A DNA stretch of 54,801 bases, taken from NCBI RefSeq assembly GCF_006345805.1, contig NW_021833919.1:1-54801 (forward strand), given 5' to 3'. Shown here one piece after another: positions 1 through 12,005 of the stretch. Made by a program: the position numbers and the translations under genes. Every line of letters starts with the position of its first letter. The first letter of the stretch is position 1. Source of the DNA: Octopus sinensis (Eukaryota). The notes below the pieces were generated by a model. That model saw only the letters and a program-made list of their open reading frames with translations. It made no database searches and had not been told where the DNA came from.

Positions 1-223
1 GTGAATGTCAATAATAATATTTTCGTGAATACATAACTAATTTAATGAACTTCTATAAATACATCTAGAGAAGAGTTGTAAGTATGTTATTAGAAATATA
101 TAAATATATTTCCCGAATTAGAAAAGCTATATATATTATAATATATATATATATATATATATAATTATATATATATATATATATACACACACACCACACA
201 TACACACACACATACACACACAT

Positions 224-259
<36 letters not shown>

Positions 260-755
260 TACACACACACCATTTAATAAATATACACGGCACGGAAAGC
301 GAGGGAATACAACTTGATATCTATCTCCTAAAAACATTAATGATCTCCGCAAAACATTAATGATTTCATGGTTAGCGTACATAATACACATTCCAGTCAT
401 GAGAGCAAACATAATCAGAACACGTAAAAATTAACGTCTGTGCGTAACAAGCCAACAACAAACGTATCCAACATAGCATAGCCTATCCAAATACTCGCAT
501 GTAAAAAGGCGGGCTTCTCAAATTACATCTCGGCCCACGTGTATAGTCGGAATAATTCAGCACAGAATATATTCCGCTTTAATTTTAAATAATATATAAA
601 GATGAAATTTCAGAATTTATCAAGTAGCCAGCGTGAAAATCCAGTTTAGGAAAAATTTAATTCAAAATATATAATTTTTCCCTTTAAATATAAATACATG
701 CATTTTATTAATAGCTATCGCTACACGTAAATACATACATACATACATATATACA

Positions 756-791
<36 letters not shown>

Positions 792-1021
792 TAGATAGAG
801 AGATATGCCTATATAATACGTATATATACATACATGTATACGTATAAATATATGCATATGTCGGCATAGGACATCACGAAACGTGCACAACAAAAAATAC
901 GAAGCACAAGTATATGGAACATATATATATATATATATATAATATTTTGACAATTGGAAGAAATATATTAGGCTTTCCCATCGGTTTCTATTTTTTTAAA
1001 TGCATAGCAATCTGACTATTG

Positions 1022-1215
1022 GTTTCTAATTTTGGCACAAGACCAACAAGTTCGAGTAAAGTTTTAAGTCAATAGCATCAATCTAAGTGCTCAAGTGGTA
1101 CTTAATTTATAGAGCACATGAAGGTAAAAGGCAAAGTCGACCACGCCGAAATTTGAAGTCTGAACGGAAAGACGTGAAAAACCTCGCGTGTGACAGATTC
1201 TGCCAGCTTGCCGTC
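1022..1215 (-). mobile_element. Diverged SINE-A copy (tRNA-derived)
   Basis: Reverse complement of the SINE-A head (ttctgccagcttgcc) and body (ggcaaagtcgac...aaatttgaa, ggtacttaattta), with ttttggcacaag-type tail. Confidence 0.7.
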
Positions 1216-1265
1216 ATATAACTAATGAAAGAATACGGGCATTTGCACATGAATTAAATAAATAT

Positions 1266-1362
1266 CAGTTTACGCACTGGGGTTGATGTAGTCGACTTGA
1301 TCCCTTTCTCCCTCTTTGCTTGTCCCCTCTATATTTAGGCCCCTGTGGGCAATAAAGAAATA
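1266..1362 (+). mobile_element. SINE-A 3' fragment
   Basis: cagtttacgcactggggttgatgtagtcgactt...cccctgtgggcaataaagaaata matches the 3' half of the other SINE-A copies. Confidence 0.7.
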
Positions 1363-1776
1363 ATTATATTTTGTGGTTTATAAAGATTCCTAGCAATTTC
1401 AAGATGCCGTTCACATTAAAACCATCAAATGATTCTTGGTCAACTTTACACAAACCCATGATCTTGCATATATATTCTTCCTCCCACTAACAGATTCGAA
1501 CCTAAAGAAAAAAATCAATCATAAACGTTTTACTTCCTCTGATCAAGATATGAAAAAAAATCTGGATTTATTATTTCTTAAAGGAATCTCTTAAACGTCT
1601 TTGTTGTTCACGCAACTATTGATTATTGTTTTCCAGTCTTAAATTATCAAAAATTATTTTGGCATCAATTCAAAATCTTACTCTTATCCGTCGGCTTTCT
1701 CATCGTAATGGTATTTTAGTAGTAACTATTACAAATTAAGTGCAGTTTCTAAACTATATTTTAAGAACGACAAATA

Positions 1777-1851
<75 letters not shown>

Positions 1852-1877
1852 ATTGTGGAGAACAAGTCGCAGAAGTT

Positions 1878-2008
1878 CTCCATTACCTTCTGCCGGTGCC
1901 GCCTAGGTGTTTCGCTCATCAACACACACATCGCCCGGTCTGAGATTCGAACCCGTGATCCCTGGACCGCGAGTCCGAAGCTCTAACGACTAGGCCATGT
2001 GCCTCCAC
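1878..2008 (-). mobile_element. SINE-C 5' fragment
   Basis: Ends in gcctccac; carries the rc of the tRNA-like head seen at 31115. Confidence 0.7.
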
Positions 2009-2914
2009 AATATAAATGTAGGAACAAATTAAAATGGATGTGGCAGATACTTGCGAATGTTGATGTAATGTCAATTATATAGCTAAAAAATTACGAAACA
2101 TCTGTAAACGAATAGAATAAGAGTATATACACTCTCTCTTCACTTCTCATTTTTATTGTACATATGTATGTATGCAACGTATGTGTATATAATTGAAATT
2201 TATAGAAAAACAAAAGACGGAGACAGGGGTTTGAACAACAAACAGGTGCATTAGCTTGCCGCTCGGGAAAATAAAAAGTCCTTTACCTTTCGAGCCTGCA
2301 CTCATCAACATACACACATATACATATACATATAGATATAGACTTATATGTGCGAATGTGAGTGTGTGTGTAAGTATATGTATCTATATATATTTATAAA
2401 TGTGTGTCTATGGTTATCTATGTGTGTGTGTGTGTACGTGCGTGTATATGTATGCACGTATATATTTTTTGTATATTGGTGTATTATTATTCTGCAAGAT
2501 TATGGGAAACTTCCTTCTAAAAACCCGAAAGAAAATATATTCTTCCAGTTCTTACACGACAACGAATTTGTTTAATCCATGTCTAAAGCATATACTTCCA
2601 CATAAGCGACGTTTACTAAATGTCAACCATTTCGTTGACATTTCACTTTTAAGAGCTACTGCCGGTCTTTTTTGATCTTCATTGAATTACCATATTCTTA
2701 AAGTAAAAGGCATTCCTGTCATGATCATCACCTATTATTAGTTTATCCAGCATTACAATACCGTCTGTGTCCTTTTTTTATGTGTGTCTGTAATACGCCA
2801 GATTATTATTCGAGGATAATTGTAATACTCCTTCTAGCAGATCGAGTACACAGCGACGCTCTCTGATTGGTTCATGACGCTTCCTTCATAGATATCTCGT
2901 TACTTAGGGAAAAT

Positions 2915-3347
2915 GGATCTTTTCGGTTTGAACGGCATTTTTTTGTAGCGGTGTCATATGAAATTGTCACCCATAATTATAACCCTAGTATCGATCTATT
3001 GCATTTCAATCTATTTTAAGGTTAGGGTTAGAGTTAGGGTTAGTTAGGGTTAGGAGTGGGGGAAGGGTATCTTTTTTTCTTCAGAAATGTAAATAAACCC
3101 AATCTGTTTCTTAAACGAGGGATATATTTATACGGCACAGAATGTTTTCACCTCAATAGACGGTCATTGATTGGTTGAAATTGCAGAAATTAAAGAAAAA
3201 AACAAATATCTTACAAACCATAGAATTTTCTCAATAAAGCCAAGAGAAAAAATATTTTATAAACAGATTCTACCAGTATACAAAGTTTAAAATTTTTTAG
3301 TTTCCTAGAAATTATGTTAAAAACTGCCGTTCAAACCGAAAAGATCC
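2915..3347. mobile_element. Non-autonomous DNA transposon (MITE), 8-bp TSD, Merlin- or hAT-like
   Basis: Perfect 23-bp TIRs GGATCTTTTCGGTTTGAACGGCA (2915-2937 / 3325-3347); identical 8-bp flanks GGGAAAAT (2907-2914, 3348-3355); internal TTAGGG-like repeats. Confidence 0.85.
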
Positions 3348-4086
3348 GGGAAAATTACGAATGAAAATTGTAGGCGATCAATGGAAGGTCTTGCTTCGAA
3401 GGTGGATGAACTCGGCATAATTGGTTTTACAGGTTGTGAAGCCCGAATCAAGAAGTTTGGCACCAGCATCCAATAGTCTATCTTGACCAGCAGCTAACCA
3501 TGTCAGATGGTACTAGTTATGTATATCTACATTGGCCAGCAGCTGACCAGGGTAGGTAACTCTGCAAAATATAAATATGATGGATAACAACTTCTGACAA
3601 TACAGTCGAGAATTCGATATAAATATATTTCGGAGAGGTAATTGTTTTCGAAGTGACTAGCTCCAGAGAGTGAGACCGAGTGATGAAACGGGTAGGATTG
3701 CATCGTGGCAGAAACGGGATGGAGATTCAAAAGACACATGTGATGGATTTCGTTTCTATTGTCGCTTTGACGCAAAGATTGTCCTGTTTCAGTCGGTCTA
3801 AAGCGGTCATGCTGGATCACCGTTTAAAGATTCTGTAGATCATATCACACGATATGTATGATATATAGGCTTAAACACACGCACAAACACACACACACTC
3901 ATACTCACTCACAAACACACACACACACACACATAGACTCACGCATATTTTCATGACAAGTTAACCGAAGTTTTTCTTCCAAATCTAACTGGAAATGAGT
4001 AACAAGCCAAATTACAATGCCGCCCTCTACTGAGTTAAGAAAATCTTCTAAATAGTTATATATACATTTATCTGTCTTACAATATA

Positions 4087-4626
4087 TTGGGTTGTCCGCA
4101 AAGTTCGTGCCGATTTTTAAAGGAAAGAAAAAGGTCAATAAATACTTGCCATTACATTTTTAATCAACCAAATAAGAACTATTTTGTAGCACAATGCGTC
4201 TCCGTCTTTCATTTAACTGGAAAATACCCTCTTCCCAGAATTGAGGTGGTTTCCTGACAAACAATTCATCAAGATATCTTTTTACGTCATCCAAGGAATT
4301 GAAACTTTTACCATTAAGACTATTCTGCAGAGACCTGAATATGTGGAAATTCGAAGGAGCAATATCTGGTGAATATGGAGGGTGGGGATAACATATCCCA
4401 ACCGAGATGCAGCAATTTTTGTCTGGTCCCCAAAGCATCAAGTACCGAAAATGAACTTTCTTATCTTCCATTTTAAAGGGTTGCAGAATTAACACAGGTT
4501 ATAGGAACATAAGTCTACTTCTTCCACGAAAAGATAGCTTATCCTATTTTATGGACTCAACCATGTTCTAAAATAAGTCGAAAGGTAAGCTACTATAAAT
4601 CGGCACGAACTTTCCGGACGACCCAA
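4087..4626 (-). mobile_element. Internally deleted mariner element with TIRs
   Basis: ~30-bp TIRs TTGGGTTGTCCG(C/G)AAAGTTCGTGCCGATTT flanked by TA. ORF 4160-4495 contains MEDKKVHF... fused to YPHPPYSPDIAPS..HIFRSLQ..FWEEGI (mariner C-terminal motif). Confidence 0.92.
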
Positions 4627-4935
4627 TACTTACACACACACATACATGCATACATACATACACACACATCCATACACTCATGCATACATACATATATACA
4701 TACATACGTACGTACGTACATACATGCATACATATATACATGTAAAAATATCCTGTTGTTGATATTGAAATTCCAATGAAGGAGCCATTGCATGTCGGTT
4801 AGAAACCGACTCTTTATCTATTGGCAAGAAATCTTGAAATAAAGCCGAACAATGACATATATACATACATACACACACACACACACATATATGCATACAT
4901 ACATACATACATACATACATACATACACACACACA

Positions 4936-4967
<32 letters not shown>

Positions 4968-5628
4968 CGCCTACAAACATCCAGAAGCATTGTTCATGAG
5001 GAAATCGGTGCATTCCATATGTTACACATGTAACAACCTGATTATTTTCAACTGAGAAAGCAGAAAATTGCTTTCAAGATGGTAAAGTGTTATTGATAAA
5101 AGATACATTTTGAACAAATAAATATATTTACGCCATGTTTGTTGCTTCTATGAACCCTTAACATGCAATGGAAAATTATTTATCGGTTCTCTAGTACATC
5201 TGAATTTTATACGTACTGTATTTGCATATGATGTTCCAAATATTCTTTTATTGTGATGTTTCCTACATGTGTTGCTATAGTAAGCATTGATTTGATATTT
5301 GTTCTATTATGGATGGTCGATATCGCTCTCATGCACCAGTTCACATTTCCTTATCAATTCATGTTATTCCGTCTTATTGCTTCTCTTTATCTTTGCTTGC
5401 TTAGTTTGTAATTCTATTTTGTTCGACTAAACATTGGTTGTTCCTGTAGCAAATACCAATGGCCATTTACTCGTTGACCTTTCCTCGTTCAAAATTACGC
5501 AATGGTAACCCGTCCTGAAATGTCATTACTCGCTTTTTCATATTGCTTCTTTGTTTATCCTTCTCTCTTCTTCTGTTCAGTTTGTACATACATAACTACA
5601 CAAATGAAGAGAGACGCAAAAGGGAAAG

Positions 5629-6243
5629 AAATCATGCGAGTTTTGTTAATAGAAACGGGTTTAAATATCCCGGAAGTAAAGGTGTACATACACCCTTTGT
5701 CAAATTCAATGATATCCAGAAATACGAGGACAAATCATGTGAGGTTTGTTAATAGAATCGGGTCTAAACATCTCGGAAGTAAAGGTGTACATACAATCTT
5801 TATCAAATTCAATGATATACATAAATACGAGGACAAATCGTGTGAGTTTTGTTAATAGAAACGGGTTTAAACATCCCGGAAGTAAAGGTGTACATACACC
5901 TTTTGTCAAATTTAATGATATACAGATATACGAGGACAAATCATGTGAATTTTGTCAATAGAAACGGGTTTAAACATCTCGGAAGTAAAGGTGTACATAC
6001 ACCCTTTGTCAAATTCAATTATATACAGAAATACGAGGACAAATCGTGTGAGTTTTGTTAATAGAAACGGGTTTAAATATCCTGGAAGTAAAGGTGTACA
6101 TACAACATTTGTCAAATTCAATGATATACAGAAATACGTGGACAAATCGTGTGAATTTTGTTAAAAGAAACGGGTTTAAACATTCTGGCAGTAAATGTGT
6201 ACATACACTCTTTGTCAAATTCAATGATATACAGAAATACGAG
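5629..6243. repeat. 103-bp minisatellite, ~6 copies
   Basis: Unit gagttttgttaatagaaacgggtttaaa...aaatacgaggacaaatc(a/g)tgt recurs at 5638, 5741, 5844, 5947, 6050, 6153. Confidence 0.95.
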
Positions 6244-6589
6244 ATGCACTCAAACTAAACGAGAGGTCATCTATCACTCGACCAGCTAGAACACCCTATA
6301 CATTCTTACCCCTCAATCTTTGAACAGTAAGTGAAGTCCTGTCTACATTCTAAAATGTCAGGATGAGCTAATAACTGTTCTTTCTGATTTGGTCAGAAGG
6401 CAAGCATTTGTAAGGAGTTAAAGATAATTGATTACAATCACCCTAGGGCTCCACTGGTGCTATTTTATCGATTGTGAAACGGGAAAAAATTTCGAAGGCG
6501 ACGGGTTTTGAAGCCAGAACATAAAGACAGACTAAAAGCCACAAAGCCATCGATTCTTCTAGCTTGTCAGATTTTAGGCTGTAAATAAA

Positions 6590-6825
6590 TATTGATTTCA
6601 AATTTTGGCACAAGGCCAGCAATTCTGGGGGAGGGAAAAGTCGATTACATCGACCGCAATGTTCAACAGGTAATATTTATTCGGTCCCGATAGGATGATC
6701 TCACTGGAATTTGAACTTGCAACGTCGACCTCACTGGAATTTGAACTTGCAACGTGAAATCGGACGAACTGCCGCTAAGCATTTGAACTGGTGCCTTATC
6801 AATACTGCTAGCTATCCGCTTTCTG
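6590..6825 (-). mobile_element. Diverged SINE-A-like copy with internal duplication
   Basis: ttttggcacaaggcc tail, aagtcgattacatcgacc body; ctcactggaatttgaacttgcaacgt occurs twice. Confidence 0.7.
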
Positions 6826-7319
6826 GGGAGTAAATAATTGCTACAAGATATTTTTACGATTCTAAAATGTTAAGGATACAACGTATTTGGAGATTATACA
6901 AAAATATCTTAACACCAGCAAATTTGAAATTATATACTTCTCAAACCATCTTGCATGTATTGAATGTTCGGATCTTCTCACAATCTATTTCTGATAGCAG
7001 ACATTTGCACAAAATCAAAAGATTAAGATTATATAGACTATATATCTTAATCATAAATGGCCTTTAAGAAGTTTAAGTAATCAAATTATATAAAAACCGT
7101 CATTGTTATTTAAAACCGAGCTTAGCGCTGATCAAATAGTCGTAAGACAAATGAAGTCGCCGTCCATAGTTAGTCTGTCTTAGAATTAAGCAACATTTAT
7201 AGAAGACTAAGTCTACAGTGCATTGTCAATATTTTGTTATGCAAAAGAACGTTGGAGATGATTTGAGTCATGCTAGGTTTATCTCTCATAACTGGAAATT
7301 TCCTAACTATTAAACGGTT

Positions 7320-7846
7320 AAAACTTAGATAAAACTTAGATATGTTTCGACCAAAGATTGGTCCAGGCCATGTCTAACTTAATAGCACCATCTGATAGGA
7401 TTATTTGAATCCAGTTTAAGTCAAGTTTTGTTTATGGTCCATTCAAGTAGTGAGTGTTTGTTGGGTGAGTTGTATCCGATTATCGGTGGCTTATCTGGTA
7501 TTCCTTGAAGGAATCTATCCAGACTCCGTTTAAAGTTGATGGGATCCTTTTCCTCTTTGATCTCTTTCGGGACAATGTTAAATAGGGCAGGGCCTGTTGA
7601 GGAAAAGAAAATATGTTGCAGTGTACATGTATGCTGTGATGTTGAATTGGGCAGGGGACGTATGGCCCGTGGTCCCAGTCTTGGATGAACCTTGAAGCTA
7701 ATGTTCAGGTTGCTTGGGCAAAGTTGGCGGTATATTCTCCACATCGTACAAATGATATACCGCTCACGGCGACGCTGGAGAGAGTAGAGTTTCAAGGCTT
7801 TACGGCGATCCCAATAATCGAGAGCAGCCATGCCTTCAATTCGTTC
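7320..7846 (-). mobile_element. 5'-truncated CR1/L2-group LINE 3' end
   Basis: ORF 7421-7831 reads (RIEG)MAALDYWDRRKALKLYSLQRRRERYII...FKRSLDRFLQGIPDKP, typical of the post-RT C-terminus of CR1-group ORF2. The 3' UTR ends in a stem-loop and an (ATCTAAGTTTT)2 tail. Confidence 0.85.
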
Positions 7847-7948
7847 ATTGCTTTCCTTGAGCTTTTAAACAATATATGACATAATGTAATTACGAAATTG
7901 GTTCTGAGACAGTAAAGCACCCCAAGAAATTACTACAGTCTTTTTTGT

Positions 7949-8557
7949 CTTTTATCTTTTACTCGTTTCAGTCATTAGTCTGCGGCCATGCCTAGGCATC
8001 GTCTTGAGGTATTTTTTCAACGAAAGGCGGCGAGTTGGCACAAACGTTAGCACGCCGGGCGAAATGCTTAGCAGTATTTCGTCTTCCGCTACGTACAGTT
8101 ACGTACTGTAGTCGATATAATCGACTTAATCCGTTTGTCTGTCCTTGTTTGTCCTCTCTGTGTTTAGCCCCTTGTGGGTAGTAATTAAATAGGTATTTTT
8201 TCAACGAAAACTAGGCCCCAGTACCAGATATCTGTTAAAACCTGGTATTCATTCTGTAGGTCTCTTAAGCCGAACAGCTAACTTACGGGACATAAAGAAA
8301 CCAATACTGGTTGTGAATCGATGGTGGCGGTGGTCGTGCTGGTGGTGGTGGGATACAAACGCACACACAAATACGCCCACACATATACAAACATATACGA
8401 TGGGCTTCTTTCAGTTTCTGTCAATCAAAATCGCCTTAAAAGGATTTAGTAGACAACACTATTGGAGAAGACACTTACCCAAGGTGCCACGCAGTGGAAC
8501 TGAACGCGGGACCATGTAGTTGGGAAGCAAGCTTCTTCCCATACAGTCACGCCTGCG
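7949..8557 (-). mobile_element. Old SINE-B copy interrupted by SINE-A
   Basis: Tail ttttactcgtttcagtcatt; head cccaaggtgccacgcagtgg...cacgcctgcg; split by the 8026-8190 insertion. Confidence 0.75.
8026..8190 (+). mobile_element. SINE-A (internally deleted) nested in SINE-B
   Basis: Starts ggcggcgagttggcac; 19-bp TSD AGGTATTTTTTCAACGAAA at 8007-8025 and 8191-8209. Confidence 0.9.
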
Positions 8558-8596
8558 GCACCTATTGGTAGGGAGACGATGATTAATTCCAGATTA

Positions 8597-9523
8597 TTTC
8601 ATATTTCTTTTTGCCCACAAGGGGCTAAACATAGAGGGGACAAACAAGAACATACAAAGGGATTAAGTCGATTACGTCGACCCCAGTGCGTAACTGGTGC
8701 TTCATTTATCGACCCTGAAAGGATGGAAAGCAAAGTCGACCTCGGCGGAATTTGAACTCAGAACGTAGCGGCAGACAAAATACCTATTTCTTTACTACCC
8801 ACAAGGGGCTAAACACAGAGAGGACAAACGGATTAAGTCGACTATATCGACCCTAGTGCGTAACTGGACTTAATTTATCGACCCCGAAAGGATGGAAAGC
8901 AAAGTCGACCTTGGCGGAATTTGAGCTCAGAACGTAACGGCAGACAAAATACCTATTTCTTTACTACCCACAAGGGGCTAAACACAGAGAGGACAAACGG
9001 ATTAAGTCGACTATATCGACCCTAGTGCGTAACTGGACTTAATTTATCGACCCCGAAAGGATGGAAAGCAAAGTCGACCTTGGCGGAATTTGAGCTCAGA
9101 ACGTAACGGCAGACAAAATACCTATTTCTTTACTACCCACAAGGGGCTAAACACAGAGAGGACAAACGGATTAAGTCGACTATATCGACCCGAGTGCGTA
9201 ACTGGTACTTAATTTATCGACCCCGAAAGGATGGAAAGCAAAGTCGACCTTGGCGGAATTTGAACTCAGAACGTAACGGCAGACAAAATACCAATTTCTT
9301 TACTACCCACAAGGGGCTAAGCACAGAGAGGACAAACAAGGACAGACAAACGGATTAAGTCTATTACATCGACCCCAGTGCGTAACTGGTACTTATTTAA
9401 ACGACCCCGAAAGGATGAAAGGCAAAGTCGACCTCTGGGGAATTTGAACTCAGAACGTAACGGCAGACGAAATACCGCTAAGTACTTCGCCCGACGTGCT
9501 AACATTTCTGCTAGCCCCCCGCG
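8597..9523 (-). mobile_element. SINE-A multimer: one head + five tandem bodies
   Basis: Body units start near 8603, 8783, 8952, 9121, 9290 (~169-180 bp); single head at 9470-9523; TSD TTAATTCCAGATTA at 8583-8596 and 9524-9537. Confidence 0.92.
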
Positions 9524-10139
9524 TTAATTCCAGATTAATTCAGGACAACAAGCCCACCCGTTTTGCAGTTATGATTCCTCTATGATATTCGCATAGAAAA
9601 GTTAACACGAGTAGACGACACAGAAATCAAACTCAGAATGTAGATGACGTTACATAACAACCATAGCGCAGTTATTCCGAAGCCAATCTCAACTTTCGCT
9701 CCGTATACAAACATATTTACTTAAACACGTGCAATATGTTAACAGCATTCTAATATTCGGTTCGCCGAATATTTACAATATCTTATTTTCTAAACTACAG
9801 GCGGCAATATAAGTGTATTACCAACTACTCAACATCTAGCGGAGACACACACGCAGATAGATATAATATCTGATATATTTAATAACTGACAGTTTCTCAT
9901 TTCTATTGAATGAAGTAATTTTAAAAACTAATAAGATTTTGCCTGATTAGAATAAGTTTGAGCTTGGGAGAATTCTTCTGTTCAATGGCAGTCAGTGTGG
10001 TAACTATAGACATTGATAAAAGAAACCATTAAAAGAAAACTTCATCCTCTCCTACCTTCTTTAACGTCTAATGTACATATTTCTCAAGGAAAAATTTAAA
10101 CGTAATCTATCTGCACCACCCCATACATGCATACATGCT

Positions 10140-10322
10140 ACAAATATACATACACACACATGTATATCATATTATATATATAATAATATATATAATATAA
10201 TAATAATATATATATATATATACAATATATATATATATACTTTTATAATATGCACATATGTATATGTATATATATGAATATACATATATATACTTTTATA
10301 ATATACACATATGCATATGTAT

Positions 10323-10358
<36 letters not shown>

Positions 10359-10640
10359 CATATGTATATATTTATATATTCACAGATATACATATATACT
10401 TATATACATTATATGTACACTGATATACACACATGCATATATATATATATATATACATATGTATATATTTATATATTCACAGATATACATATATACTTAT
10501 ATACATTATATGTACACTGATATACACACATGCATATATATATATATATATATATATGTATATGTATATATACGCATATATAGATACACCCACATATATG
10601 TATATACATTCGCATTTAATTTGACATATATATATGTAAT
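10140..10640. repeat. Compound (TA)n microsatellite with ~95-bp internal duplication
   Basis: catatgtatatatttatatattcacagatatac...gtacactgatatacacacatgc occurs twice (~10360-10440, ~10457-10535). Confidence 0.85.
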
Positions 10641-11819
10641 TAAGTTTATATGAGCATATATATGTATATGGAATACGTCGCTGAAACATAGTCTCAGCTG
10701 AATTCATAATCTCAACTAATGCCATCATAAATATAATCATGCGAACACACATAATAACACACGTGTATTATCTCACTATAAAATGAACGTTTGAGAATAT
10801 GGTTATGGTTTTCAGACGAGTCAACGTTCGGTTCATTGCATTTCTCGATGGCGAGCTTGGAAATACACAAGAAGAAATACCCCGATGTCATTTAGCTTCT
10901 AAGAATTGGTTTATTCAATTTTCTCACTGATATTTATCTCTCCTCTCTTTTTCCACTCATACAAATGAAACGTATGCATTTATGACAGATAACTGGTTGC
11001 GTTTCGTGAGCAGGTTCGTTCATATTAGGCTTTCTGTAGAAGCTCTGCTTCTCAGCTCTCTAATGTAAACGCCCTCCGATGAAAAACATGCTTTATATCA
11101 GTATAATCGAGAAATATAAATAGCTTTTCGACCACTGTAGTCAATTTCTGTATTTCTTTCATTCCCTCTTCCTTTTCTTCCTTGCTATATTTGGTCTTCT
11201 TTCCTTCTGACACGTATCGTCTCCGGAATTACATGGTTTCCAGCTGGTGTAAAAATCGCGTTTCGCCGAAATTCCGGATGGTACCCATACATCTTCATGA
11301 AGAAGCAAAGTGTTCAGAACCCAATAGAAGACCAAGGCATACACACACACACACACACACAACACACACACACGCACACTCACACATGCATAATGATGGA
11401 CTCTCCCGTCGTTACACGACGTTAGGGCGTTCGACAATTTCATGCCGAACATTGAAGTGGGGGAAGTTTGTATAATGCGGTCGGTCTGCGGGGATGGCGT
11501 GTGTGGTGCGTGCAGCAGTGTTATATGTATAAATTTTTCTGTGGGTTTTATATATATGGGGGTAGAATGTATGCGTGGGGGGTATGTGCTGAGTATGATG
11601 GGGATAGTTAAGTGCAGGATGTCCACCTTATAGGGGTGTGCGTATGTGTACATTGATGCAGTGGTGTGTGTCTTTATGTCTGGTAAAAAGGACATCGCTG
11701 GAAGGTTGTTTGCGGAATATCTTGTGAAAATAATTTGGTGAAAATTTGAAAAATGTGAAATGGCTGGGAGCAATTTAAAAAGAACTCTCAATTCTACCAT
11801 ACCAACTATCTGCAGGCTG

Positions 11820-12005
11820 TCACCTCTTTGGGCCAATCAAACATTCTTTACAAGATCGTCAGTTTAATACGGACGAAGTGGTGCAGGGAGCGGTGTACGA
11901 ATGGCTGTGACTAAAGCCGAAAACCACCTTCTCTGATGGAATATCCATACTTGTGGACGACTGTATGAGGCGCATCGAAAAGCGAGGAAATCATGTCGAA
12001 GAATG
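11820..12005 (+). mobile_element. Mariner transposase C-terminal relic
   Basis: Translates HLFGPIKHSLQDRQFNTDEVVQGAVYEWL*LKPKTTFSDGISILVD...RRIEKRGNHVEE*, matching the mariner C-terminal pattern. Confidence 0.75.

Noticed and set aside
3022-3067. Chromosome end or true telomere
   Set aside because: Only a few degenerate repeats, internal to a TIR element.
3380-3830. GC-richer stretch with an LLDAGAK peptide (ankyrin-like)
   Set aside because: The frame is short, flanked by stops, and lacks the rest of the ankyrin consensus.
5502-6258. Repeated 70-aa ORFs (MLIETGLNI.EVKVYI...)
   Set aside because: They arise from the 103-bp unit (not a multiple of 3), the frame shifts each unit, and no protein family is recognised.
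7345-7370. Stem + GAAAC looks like hammerhead helix II
   Set aside because: No CUGANGA-equivalent core and no helix I/III; better explained as a LINE 3' hairpin.
8597-9523. CRISPR-like or retrozyme-like array
   Set aside because: The units are entire SINE bodies with no unique spacers, and no hammerhead core is found on either strand.
11159-11836. Longest ORF (225 aa, minus)
   Set aside because: Spans (CA)n and low-complexity sequence plus the antisense of a mariner relic; no recognisable domain.
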